A DNA stretch of 63,312 bases from Oscillospiraceae bacterium. Its GTDB lineage: Bacteria > Bacillota > Clostridia > Oscillospirales > Ruminococcaceae. Shown one piece after another: positions 26,629-34,211 of the stretch; within the stretch, counting starts at the first letter, position 1; each line of letters opens with the position of its first letter. The notes below the pieces were generated by a model. The model was not told the DNA's origin and made no database searches. It worked only from the letters and a program-made list of their open reading frames with translations. The position numbers and the translations under genes were made by a program. The DNA is taken from NCBI GenBank assembly GCA_017435745.1, contig JAFSEN010000102.1, forward strand, positions 1 to 63,312, in the 5' to 3' direction.

Positions 26629-27933
26629 ATGGATATGTACGAAAAACTTGAAATACTTGCGGAAGCCGCAAAATACGATGCTTCCTGTTCTTCAAGCGGA
26701 AGCGGACGTTCCTCTTCCGAAGGAATGATTGGCGCGGCGACCCCTTCCGGCTGCTGCCATTCCTTTACAGCGGACGGAAGATGCGTAAGCCTTCTTAAAA
26801 TTCTTATGTCCAACGCCTGCGTCTATGACTGCAAATACTGTATCAGCCGCCGTAGCAACGATTTTCCCCGGGCAACTTTTACCCCCCGGGAAATTGCGGA
26901 ACTTACCGTTGAATTTTACCGCAGAAACTATATTGAAGGGCTTTTTCTTTCTTCTGCGGTGGTTGGAACGCCGGATTGGACCATGGAACACATGATAGAA
27001 GCTTTGCGGCTTCTCCGTGAGGAATATGGTTTTGCGGGTTACATCCACGCAAAGGCAATTCCCGGGGCGGACCCGATTCTTACCCACAGGCTTGGGCTTC
27101 TTGCGGACAGAGTGAGCGTTAACATCGAACTTCCTTCCGAAAAATCGCTTGTAAGCCTTGCGCCGGATAAAACAAAGCACAACATACTTGAACCAATGGG
27201 GCTTATTAAAACCGGAATTGAGGAAAATTGCGAGGATATAATAAAATACCGCCATGCTCCCAAATTTGTTCCGGCGGGACAAAGCACCCAAATGATAGTT
27301 GGCGCTTCGCCGGAAACGGATTATCATATCCTGCATCTGACTGAAAGTCTTTACAAAAAATACGGGCTTAAGCGCGTTTATTATTCCGCATACGTTCCGC
27401 TTCAGGAAGATGCGCTTTTGCCGAGCCTTGATACAAGGCCGCCCCTTTTGCGTGAGCACCGGCTTTACCAGGCGGACTGGCTTTTGCGGTTCTATGGGTT
27501 CGAAGCAAGCGAGATTATCGACCCCCAAAAGCCGATGCTGCACCCGGAAGTGGATCCGAAATGCTCATGGGCGGTGAACCATCTTGACGATTTCCCCGTC
27601 GAAGTGAATACCGCGGATTACGAGATGCTTCTGCGCGTTCCGGGAATCGGAGTTAAGGGTGCAAAAAGAATAGTTCGGGCAAGAAGAAGCCAAAAGCTGG
27701 ATTTCGATTCGCTCAAAAGGCTTGGCATCGTGCTCAAAAGGGCAAAGTTTTTTATAACCTGCGGCGGAAAAACCATGCTGCGGCTTCCGGAAACAACGGA
27801 AAGCATGCTTTGGGCCATAACTTCGCCCAACAGAATGGGCGGTTTTACCGATTACGGAATGGAACAGCTTTCGCTTTTTGAACCGGTGCTCACAGGAGAG
27901 GTGGTAAGGGAATGTCTGACCGGGGAGTTTTGA
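26629..27933 (+). CDS. Putative DNA modification/repair radical SAM protein (TIGR03916-like)
   Basis: 434 aa. N-terminus LEILAEAAKYDASC, radical-SAM CVYDCKYC, and C-terminal helix-hairpin-helix LLRVPGIGVKGAKRIV. Confidence 0.85.
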   Translation: MDMYEKLEILAEAAKYDASCSSSGSGRSSSEGMIGAATPSGCCHSFTADGRCVSLLKILMSNACVYDCKYCISRRSNDFPRATFTPREIAELTVEFYRRNYIEGLFLSSAVVGTPDWTMEHMIEALRLLREEYGFAGYIHAKAIPGADPILTHRLGLLADRVSVNIELPSEKSLVSLAPDKTKHNILEPMGLIKTGIEENCEDIIKYRHAPKFVPAGQSTQMIVGASPETDYHILHLTESLYKKYGLKRVYYSAYVPLQEDALLPSLDTRPPLLREHRLYQADWLLRFYGFEASEIIDPQKPMLHPEVDPKCSWAVNHLDDFPVEVNTADYEMLLRVPGIGVKGAKRIVRARRSQKLDFDSLKRLGIVLKRAKFFITCGGKTMLRLPETTESMLWAITSPNRMGGFTDYGMEQLSLFEPVLTGEVVRECLTGEF

Positions 27934-28766
27934 TTTTTGCCTATGACGGAAGCTTCGAAGGCTTTCTTTCGGCGGTTTTCGATTCCTTTTCCTTGAAAGT
28001 TATCCCGGCGGATATAGTCGTTTTTGACGATATGGAACCTTCGCTTCTGCCGATCCGATATGTTGAAACGGATTTTGAGCACGCAGGGCGCGTTCTTTCG
28101 GGAATTGACAAAAAACTTGGCAAAACGGTGCTCAACATGGTAAAAAGGGCCTTTCTTTATGACGGCGAAGGCAAGGAAAACGCGATTCTTCGCTTTATAA
28201 AAAAGGCTTTTTCCGAAGGGAAAAGCGCCGGGAACAAAATTGGCGAAGAGGACGTGAGCACCGTTTATAAAATGTGCGTTGCGGTCAATAACGAAGCAGA
28301 ACGCCACCGCCAATTTGCGCGTTTTTCGGATTCAAACGGCGCGCTGATCTCGGTTATACACCCGAAACATTTTGTTCTTCCGCTGATAAAAGGTTTTTTC
28401 TGCGCAAGGATGAAGAACGAAACTTTTATGATTTTTGATGCCGAGCACGGGGCTGCGCTTGTACATACTCCGGAAAAAACCGCGATAATTCCTGTTGAAA
28501 GTCTTGAACTTCCGGACAGTCCAGAGGATAATTATTACAGCGGCCTTTGGAAGAATTATTACCGCCATATTGCAATTGCAAGCCGCTATAACCCGACCTG
28601 CAGAAGGACCCATATGCCGAAAAGATTCTGGCAGTATCTTCCGGAAGTTGCGGAAGAACTTGAAACCGGGTTTGTTCAAAAACTTTCCTTCGGAACTTCC
28701 GCGGAAATTGCCGAAGGACTTCGCAAAGATCTTAAAAACAGACTTTTGGAAGGGGAACGGAAATGA
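27912..28766 (+). CDS. TIGR03915/DUF4130-family putative DNA-metabolism protein (partner of the radical SAM protein)
   Basis: 284 aa. VLIFAYDGSFEGFLSAVF..., ...ERHRQFARF..., ...LWKNYYRHIAIASRYNP..R..MPKRFW. Overlaps the upstream gene by 22 nt. Confidence 0.8.
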   Translation: MSDRGVLIFAYDGSFEGFLSAVFDSFSLKVIPADIVVFDDMEPSLLPIRYVETDFEHAGRVLSGIDKKLGKTVLNMVKRAFLYDGEGKENAILRFIKKAFSEGKSAGNKIGEEDVSTVYKMCVAVNNEAERHRQFARFSDSNGALISVIHPKHFVLPLIKGFFCARMKNETFMIFDAEHGAALVHTPEKTAIIPVESLELPDSPEDNYYSGLWKNYYRHIAIASRYNPTCRRTHMPKRFWQYLPEVAEELETGFVQKLSFGTSAEIAEGLRKDLKNRLLEGERK

Positions 28767-29245
28767 ACATTGCTTTCATCGAAGCAAAGCCGGAAGAGGC
28801 CCATTTTCTTTCGGAAATGAGAAGAATAATGTGGCGAACCACCTACCGCGGAATATATCCGGACGATATTATCGACGAATTTGATTATGAATTCCACGAC
28901 AGCAAAAACCTTTCGATGATAAATTCCGAAGAATTTTCGGTTTATTTCGTCGCCGCGAACGGCGAAACTGCGGGATATCTTATACTCCAGCATAAAAATC
29001 CGCTTTATATCCAGTCGCTTTATTTCCTTCCGGAATTCCGCGGAAAAGGTCTTGGACGCAAGGCTTTTGAATTTATTCGTGAACATTGCCGGAAGAATAA
29101 AATCGAAAGATTTTATCTCGGCTGCCATCCGGAAAATATACGGGCGGCGGGTTTTTATAAAAAGATGGGCGGAGCTTTGACCGCGGAAGACATCGGCCAC
29201 GAAAACAACATGGAAAACAACGTAAGATTCGAATTTGAGGTATAA
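28763..29245 (+). CDS. GNAT N-acetyltransferase
   Basis: 160 aa. LYFLPEFRGKGLGRKAFEFI...GFYKKMGG. The ATG overlaps the upstream stop by 4 nt. Confidence 0.85.
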   Translation: MNIAFIEAKPEEAHFLSEMRRIMWRTTYRGIYPDDIIDEFDYEFHDSKNLSMINSEEFSVYFVAANGETAGYLILQHKNPLYIQSLYFLPEFRGKGLGRKAFEFIREHCRKNKIERFYLGCHPENIRAAGFYKKMGGALTAEDIGHENNMENNVRFEFEV

Positions 29246-29271
29246 AGAAAAAAGACATCCGAAAAGTGGCA

Positions 29272-29306
29272 CTTCGTAAAGAAGTACCACTTTTTTGCGT
29301 TTTACT
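29272..29306 (+). terminator. Intrinsic terminator after the rSAM-DUF4130-GNAT operon
   Basis: AAGTGGCACTTC GTAAA GAAGTACCACTT followed by TTTTTT. A second hairpin GGAACGGTC TTGA CCGTTCC plus a T-run follows at 29311-29338. Confidence 0.85.
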
Positions 29307-29395
29307 GCAGGGAACGGTCTTGACCGTTCCGTTTTTTTATGAATACAACCCTATTTCTTTTGTAAACAAAAGAAAACGAAGGATATATTTTTTTT

Positions 29396-29435
29396 AAAAA
29401 GAAAAAAGCAACAGACAAAAGTCTGTTGCTTTTTT
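29396..29435. repeat. Direct repeat copy A (hairpin GCAACAGAC AAAA GTCTGTTGC), distal boundary of the tRNA-Ser islet
   Basis: AAAAAGAAAAAAGCAACAGACAAAAGTCTGTTGCTTT recurs at 30697-30734, differing only by one A in the run. Confidence 0.85.
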
Positions 29436-29492
29436 GCGAAAGACTACCTAAACGGAGCAGAATTGAGGTAAGAAAGCCTAAAAGTACACCAT

Positions 29493-29906
29493 TTACAACA
29501 ACTCAATCGTTTGAATTAACCGACCGATTAAGGTTTGGTCTGCCCGAAACTCAAACTTTAATGAGTGAGAGGAAAAGGACGCACCAAGTTGACCTTTGAT
29601 GGATGCGATTCCATTTTTCACAACAAAGTCTATATATCCATCCGTATCTGCCCCGATATCACAGATGCGAAAAGTGCCATTCAATGATTCGTATGTGTTT
29701 TTCATCCCGTTTAATATGGTGTTATAAAAATGGTCAAATAGAGTAAAGGTATCGTATCCTTTGAAATTCGCATTTTCATAAGATACTCCAAAAGTGATAC
29801 AGGGGAGCCCGTCAATATATTTATATTGTTGCTCGCTTGGTATCGAGAGCAAGCATAAGCAATTTACTCCATCGTCCCAAAGAATAAGATCATTCTTTAT
29901 TGTCAT
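29493..29906 (-). CDS. Hypothetical protein (137 aa), weak resemblance to WapI-type immunity proteins
   Basis: MTIKNDLILWDDG...GTFRICDIGADTDGYIDFVVKNGIASIKGQLG...SLKFEFRADQTLIGRLIQTIELL. ATGA overlap with the upstream gene. Codon texture differs from the neighbouring genes. Confidence 0.6.
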   Translation of the reverse strand: MTIKNDLILWDDGVNCLCLLSIPSEQQYKYIDGLPCITFGVSYENANFKGYDTFTLFDHFYNTILNGMKNTYESLNGTFRICDIGADTDGYIDFVVKNGIASIKGQLGASFSSHSLKFEFRADQTLIGRLIQTIELL

Positions 29907-30256
29907 TTTGCGTTCTCCTTTGCAGTTCTGCAGGAAGCGATCAACATTGCTCTTAGGGAAGTGCATTTGGATGAAAGGCCTTTGAAGGTTTGCTCATCAA
30001 TATATTTTGTTCGGTACAAAAGTTCAAGCCAATAGCCTGTTTCACTTGCTTCTTTCAAGGCAATTTCAAGTTTTGAAACGAAATCTTTCTTGCCTTGTGC
30101 ATATTGGGCTTCATGGATATTAGCGCCGATACTTGTACCGCTTCTGCCGATTTGATTGGAGATGATGGATTCTTTAATGGATTTCAGATACTTTACCAAT
30201 TCAATAATCTCAACAGAAAATTCCATAGAAAGTTCCCTAAGTTTTGATTCCTGCAT
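29903..30256 (-). CDS. Four-helix-bundle protein (TIGR02436, 23S rRNA-intervening-sequence / Avd family)
   Basis: SNQIGRSGTSIGANIHEAQYAQGKKDFVSKLEIALKEASETGYWLELL. GAGGTG RBS 6 nt before the ATG at 30256. TTGCGA-17-TATAAT promoter upstream. Confidence 0.82.
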   Translation of the reverse strand: MQESKLRELSMEFSVEIIELVKYLKSIKESIISNQIGRSGTSIGANIHEAQYAQGKKDFVSKLEIALKEASETGYWLELLYRTKYIDEQTFKGLSSKCTSLRAMLIASCRTAKENAK

Positions 30257-30311
30257 AATGTACACCTCACTTTTTCACATTATATCACAAATCAAGTATG
30301 TTCGCAAACAA

Positions 30312-30445
30312 GTGATAAGTGATGCAGCTACGCTGTGATAGGTGATGCGATGCGTTTCACACACGCGCCGCAGGCGTGCATCACAGACCGAAGGTCGACA
30401 TCACGCACCGAAGGTGTGCATCATGTTCCTAGGGAACGCATCACT
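30312..30445. repeat. Opposed arrays of GTGAT(A/G) and CATCA(C/T) motifs; the latter has four units phased at exactly 20 bp, each followed by a mini-hairpin
   Basis: GTGAT at 30312, 30319, 30335 and 30342 (two 23-bp units). CATCAC/T at 30379, 30399, 30419 and 30439, with hairpins GACC-GAA-GGTC, CACC-GAA-GGTG and GTTCC-TAG-GGAAC. Confidence 0.8.
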
Positions 30446-30489
30446 CAAAAAAGCCCGATTTGTCTGGTAGACAAATCGGACTTTTTTGT

Positions 30490-30512
30490 TGGCGGAGAAG
30501 GAGGGACTCGAA
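30490..30512 (-). pseudogene. Duplicated 3' fragment (23 nt) of tRNA-Ser(GCU)
   Basis: TGGCGGAGAAGGAGGGACTCGAA is identical to 30737-30759, the 3' end of the intact tRNA. Preceded by its own hairpin CCGATTTGTC...GACAAATCGG. Confidence 0.85.
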
Positions 30513-30696
30513 TTAAGCTTTTGCTGCGCAAAATCTTATTGATTTGCTCGGCACTCGCTCGCTGATATATTTTCTGCTGAAATAGAAAAAACGGTCGCTT
30601 CGTTTACACTCGCAAATCTCTCCGACGGAAAACGATTCACCGAATCGTTTTCTTGTCGTCGTCGTCTTTTCCAAGGGTTCTCGTCCCTCTTGGTGA

Positions 30697-30734
30697 TAAA
30701 AGAAAAAGCAACAGACAAAAGTCTGTTGCTTTTC
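30697..30734. repeat. Direct repeat copy B, abutting the 3' end of tRNA-Ser(GCU)
   Basis: AAAAGAAAAAGCAACAGACAAAAGTCTGTTGCTTT. This is the same hairpin as at 29396-29435. Confidence 0.85.
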
Positions 30735-30736
30735 TT

Positions 30737-30829
30737 TGGCGGAGAAGGAGGGACTCGAACCCTCGCGCCAGTTTTGAGCCAGCCTACGCCCTTAGCAGGG
30801 GCGCCTCGTCACCACTTGAGTACTTCTCC
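30737..30829 (-). tRNA. tRNA-Ser (anticodon GCU)
   Basis: Reverse complement GGAGAAGTACTCAAGTGGTGACGAG...CCCCTGCTAAGGG...long variable arm...GGTTCGAGTCCCTCCTTCTCCGCCA. Confidence 0.92.
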
Positions 30830-30876
30830 AAATGTAACGTTCTCGTTTTAATATTCATTTCACCTTTTTAAGGTGT

Positions 30877-30963
30877 TGGCGGAGAGGATGGGATTCGAAC
30901 CCATGGCTCTTTCGAGTCACCGGTTTTCAAGACCGGCTCCTTAAACCGCTCGGACACCTCTCC
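30877..30963 (-). tRNA. tRNA-Ser (anticodon UGA)
   Basis: Reverse complement GGAGAGGTGTCCGAGCGGTTTAAGGAG CCGGT CTTGAAA ACCGG...GGTTCGAATCCCATCCTCTCCGCCA. Confidence 0.92.
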
Positions 30964-31135
30964 ACGGCTGAATTATAATATATCATAAAAAAGGCCCTTC
31001 TGTCAACACTGTTTTTGATTTTTCCGAAGAAAACTTTCCGACCTTTTTCGCAGCAGAAAGCAAAACGGATTTACCTTTTCCGGCGTTTGTGGTATATTAA
31101 AACAGTAACAACAGCCCGAAAGGAAGCTTTTTTTA

Positions 31136-32032
31136 ATGATTTTATATGCGCCGGATTATTACAGCAAATTCAGATGCATTGCTGAAAAATGCCGCCACAG
31201 CTGCTGCATCGGTTGGGAAATAGATATCGATCCGGAAACCGCGGAATATTACAAAAACGTTTCCGGAAAATTCGGAGAAAAACTCAGAAGCAATATTGAT
31301 TTTCTGCCGGAAGGCGGAACTTTCCGCCTTTGTAAAAACGGGCGCTGCCCTTTTCTCAACGAAAAAAATCTTTGCGAAATTTATATAAATCTTGGCGAAG
31401 AGGCTTTTTGCAATATCTGCGATGACCATCCGCGCTTTCGTAATTTTTACGAAAGCCGGACCGAAATCGGCCTTGGAATGTGCTGTGAGGAAGCTTCGAG
31501 AATCATAATTGAAAAACGGGAAAAAACTGCGCTGGTTCCTCTTGAAGGCAAAGCGTCCGATAAGGTTTTTCCGGAGGAGGAAGAATTTTTTGCCCTTCGG
31601 GAAAAAGCTTTTTCGATAGTGCAAAACAGGGAAAAAAGCATCGGCGAACGCGCGGCGGAGCTTCTTGGGTTTTTCGGTCTTGGCCTTCCGGAAAAAAGCC
31701 TTGCCGATTGGGCGGAAATATATCTCGGCCTTGAAAGGCTTGACGAAGAATGGACGGAAGTTCTGCAAAAAATCAAAAATGAACCTTCCGTTCCGGAAAT
31801 AAAAGACGAAATCGCCGCAGAGCAAATTCTTTGCTATTATATTTTTCGCCATTTTGGGAATCTTTATCCGGAAGAAGCCTGCGCTTTTGCGGTTTTAAGT
31901 CTTTTTATGATTGAAAAAGCCGCGGAGCAGACCGGAATTATTGAAGCAGCGCGGCTTTATTCGTCGGAAATAGAATATTCCGACGAAAACACAGAAAAAA
32001 TTATCGACGCAATAAACAAATGGGTGGGATGA
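31136..32032 (+). CDS. FliB-family (flagellin lysine-N-methylase-like) Cys-cluster protein
   Basis: N-terminus YYSKFRCIAEKCRHSCCIGWEIDID, then CPFLNEKNLCEIY...CDDHPRF. Confidence 0.75.
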   Translation: MILYAPDYYSKFRCIAEKCRHSCCIGWEIDIDPETAEYYKNVSGKFGEKLRSNIDFLPEGGTFRLCKNGRCPFLNEKNLCEIYINLGEEAFCNICDDHPRFRNFYESRTEIGLGMCCEEASRIIIEKREKTALVPLEGKASDKVFPEEEEFFALREKAFSIVQNREKSIGERAAELLGFFGLGLPEKSLADWAEIYLGLERLDEEWTEVLQKIKNEPSVPEIKDEIAAEQILCYYIFRHFGNLYPEEACAFAVLSLFMIEKAAEQTGIIEAARLYSSEIEYSDENTEKIIDAINKWVG

Positions 32033-32035
32033 TGA

Positions 32036-32380
32036 ATGAAAAAAGAAACTATCGATGCGGTGCTTAAATTCAGAGATGACCGCAACTGGAAACAGTTCCA
32101 TAATCCGAAGGATCTTGCAATTTCGGTTTCGCTGGAAGCATCGGAATTGCTGGAAGTTTTTCAGTGGAGCGGAGAAGATCTTTCCTGCCCGGAAAAAATC
32201 GGAAAAATCGAGGAAGAACTTGCGGATGTCCTCAACTACTGCATACTTATGGCGGATGCCTGCGGGCTTGACCTTGATGAAATAATAATGAAAAAAGTAA
32301 AGCGGAATTCAGAAAAATATCCGATTGAACTTGCCTTCGGAAAAAAAGAAAAATATACCGAACTCAAAAAGGAAGAATGA
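32036..32380 (+). CDS. MazG-like nucleotide pyrophosphohydrolase
   Basis: 114 aa. FRDDRNWKQFHNPKDLAISVSLEASELLEVFQW...EELADVLNYCILMAD...KRNSEKYP. Confidence 0.88.
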   Translation: MKKETIDAVLKFRDDRNWKQFHNPKDLAISVSLEASELLEVFQWSGEDLSCPEKIGKIEEELADVLNYCILMADACGLDLDEIIMKKVKRNSEKYPIELAFGKKEKYTELKKEE

Positions 32381-32453
32381 ACTTCAATCTCTTTACAGAA
32401 AAAGTGAAAAAAGGTATAATCATTTTATAAAATAATATTCAGGAGGTCTTCAG

Positions 32454-33350
32454 ATGGAATACGACAAAAAAATACTTAAAATTGCTTCAAAAATAACAGC
32501 CGCATCTCTTTCGGAAAGCGGAAAATTTGATTGTGAAACAGCAAAAGAAACCGTTGCTTTCTTGAAGACTGTATATGAAGGAATTTTTCCGCTTAAAGAA
32601 AGCGAAGATTATATCAAAGATGCTTTTAAAGCCGCAGGAAAAATAACCGCTGCTGCCTGCGAGGAAATGGAAGAACCGGACGGCGAAACGGCCGCAAAAT
32701 TCTTTGTAACCGTGTATCGGGGAATTGCGCCCGTTGCAGCTGAAGAGGATTTTGACGAGGATGTTTTCAAATATGCGGCAAAAATAACCGCTGCCGCCTG
32801 CGAAGAAATGGAAGAACCGGACGAAGAAAAAGCAAACGAAGCTGCAGAATTCCTTAAAGCTCTTTATCTTGGCCTTACCGCCGAAGAACCGGAAGAGGAA
32901 CCCGAGGAAGAAACCGAGCAGGAACCCGAGGAAGAAACCGAAGAGGAACCCAAGGAAGAAACCGAACAGGAACCCGAAGAAGCCTGCGCCGGAAAATATC
33001 TTGTGAAAGAAACAAAAAGCGGGTTCAGCTTCCGCCTTGCCGCAGGAAACAGCAAGGTAATAGGAACTTCCGAAGTTTATTCTTCGAAAGCAGCAATGGA
33101 AAAAGGAATCGAATCCGTCCGCAAAAATGCCCCCGCAGCAAATCTCGAGGATCAGACTGCCGAAAATTATGAAACCGCAACCTGCCCGAAATTTGAAATT
33201 TACAACGACAAAGCGGGAGAATTCCGTTTCCGCCTTAAAGCACGCAACGGAGAAATAATCCTTGCATCGGAAGGTTACAAAACAAAAGCCGCATGCGAAA
33301 ACGGAATTGAATCCGTCCGCAAAAACGCAAAGGCAAAAATCTGCGAATAA
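32454..33350 (+). CDS. Tandem YegP/DUF1508 protein with three N-terminal ~50-aa repeats and an acidic E/P linker
   Basis: C-terminus has GFSFRLAAGNSKVIGTSEVYSSKAAMEKGIESVRKNA and EFRFRLKARNGEIILASEGYKTKAACENGIESVRKNA. N-terminal repeats are built around KITAAACEEMEEPD. Confidence 0.82.
   Translation: MEYDKKILKIASKITAASLSESGKFDCETAKETVAFLKTVYEGIFPLKESEDYIKDAFKAAGKITAAACEEMEEPDGETAAKFFVTVYRGIAPVAAEEDFDEDVFKYAAKITAAACEEMEEPDEEKANEAAEFLKALYLGLTAEEPEEEPEEETEQEPEEETEEEPKEETEQEPEEACAGKYLVKETKSGFSFRLAAGNSKVIGTSEVYSSKAAMEKGIESVRKNAPAANLEDQTAENYETATCPKFEIYNDKAGEFRFRLKARNGEIILASEGYKTKAACENGIESVRKNAKAKICE
32898..32981 (+). repeat. About 3.5 tandem 24-bp in-frame repeats (EPEEETEQ)
   Basis: GAACCCGAGGAAGAAACCGAGCAG / GAACCCGAGGAAGAAACCGAAGAG / GAACCCAAGGAAGAAACCGAACAG / GAACCCGAAGAA. 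Confidence 0.85.
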
Positions 33351-33360
33351 AGGTGTAAAA

Positions 33361-33855
33361 ATGGCCGACGAAAGAAGAGACAAACATAATTATTATCTTG
33401 ATATAGCCGAAATCGTTCTCGAAAGAGGAACCTGCCTCCGCAGGAAATACGGCGCAATTATAGTGAAGAACGACAGCATTATTTCAACCGGATATGCCGG
33501 CGCACCGAGAGGGAGAAAAAACTGCAGCGATATCGGTTGGTGCAGAAGAGAAAAGCTCAACGTTCCGAGGGGCGAACGCTATGAACTTTGCAGAAGCGTT
33601 CATGCGGAAGCAAACGCAATAATAAGCGCTTCGAGAGAAAATATGATCGGCGCGACCCTTTATCTTGTAGGAAAAGAATGTGAAAGCGGCGATTATGTCA
33701 AAAACGGAAGCTGCTGCAGCATGTGCAAACGTATGGTAATCAACGCCGGAATCGAAACCGTTGTAATCCGCGATGACGAAAGAAAATTTCGCATCGTAAA
33801 CGTTGCGGATTGGATCTATAACGACGATTCCCTTGAAGACGTGCTGGGATATTAA
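33361..33855 (+). CDS. Deoxycytidylate (dCMP) deaminase, ComEB-like
   Basis: 164 aa. HAEANAI zinc motif and CCSMCKRMVINAGI (PCxxC-type). Confidence 0.9.
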   Translation: MADERRDKHNYYLDIAEIVLERGTCLRRKYGAIIVKNDSIISTGYAGAPRGRKNCSDIGWCRREKLNVPRGERYELCRSVHAEANAIISASRENMIGATLYLVGKECESGDYVKNGSCCSMCKRMVINAGIETVVIRDDERKFRIVNVADWIYNDDSLEDVLGY

Positions 33856-33861
33856 AAGAAT

Positions 33862-33894
33862 AAAAAAGACGCTTCGGAAGAAGCGTCTTTTTTT
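33862..33894 (+). terminator. Intrinsic terminator
   Basis: AAAAAAGACGCTTC GGAA GAAGCGTCTTTTTTT. Confidence 0.88.
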
Positions 33895-33896
33895 GT

Positions 33897-34203
33897 TGTA
33901 GCTTTAGCGAAAATAAACCACCGACAGAGTCGGTGGAATAAAAAATCTTCAAGATAAAAGTACCTCCTTCTGATAGAATAGATACAGGTTGGCAGCCGTA
34001 TCAAGAAACAGAAGGAGGTAATGTCGTGAACGACATCAATAGTTTATCACATTCGAAATGGAGATGCCAGTACCATATAGTATTTGCACAGAAGTACAGA
34101 AGGAAAGAAATATACGGACAGCTGAAAAAAGATATCGGAGATATATTAAGGAAGCTGTGCGAAGCAAAGGGAGTAGAAATCATAGAAGCGGTAGCATGCC
34201 CAG
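33897..34203 (+). mobile_element. IS200/IS605-family remnant (left end, 5' UTR structures and the first ~59 codons of tnpA)
   Basis: Left-end hairpin CCACCGAC AGA GTCGGTGG (18 nt within 33917-33936). A 12-bp SD-sequestering stem pairs TACCTCCTTCTG (33961-72) with CAGAAGGAGGTA (34009-20). The Y1 transposase N-terminus follows. Confidence 0.8.
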
Positions 34204-34211
34204 AGATATAA
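34026..34211 (+). pseudogene. Truncated IS200-type Y1 transposase tnpA
   Basis: LSHSKWRCQYHIVFAQKYRRKEIYGQLKKDIGDILRKLCEAKGVEIIEAVACP, then a stop. The HUH-containing part (..DHIHML..) and the catalytic Tyr are missing. Confidence 0.85.

Noticed and set aside
30312-30489. Considered whether the short tandem repeats near tRNA-Ser are a CRISPR array.
   Set aside because: The units are 20-23 bp with no unique spacers between them. There are only four copies per orientation, and no cas genes or leader are present. Reported instead as an iteron or arm-site-like array.
30335-30871. Plus-strand ORFs 30335..30565 (76 aa) and 30653..30871 (72 aa), and the minus-strand ORF 30536..30718.
   Set aside because: They run through the repeat array, the tRNA fragment and the intact tRNA-Ser gene. 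They have no RBS and give His/Arg/Ser-rich nonsense translations.
31136-33855. Whether FliB-like, MazG-like, YegP and dCMP deaminase genes next to the tRNAs form a nucleotide-depletion defence island.
   Set aside because: Codon texture is native. dCMP deaminase (ComEB-type) and MazG-like genes are common housekeeping genes in Firmicutes. No nuclease, sensor or mobile signature lies within the block, and the only mobile remnant (IS200) lies beyond it. Kept only as context in the YegP finding.
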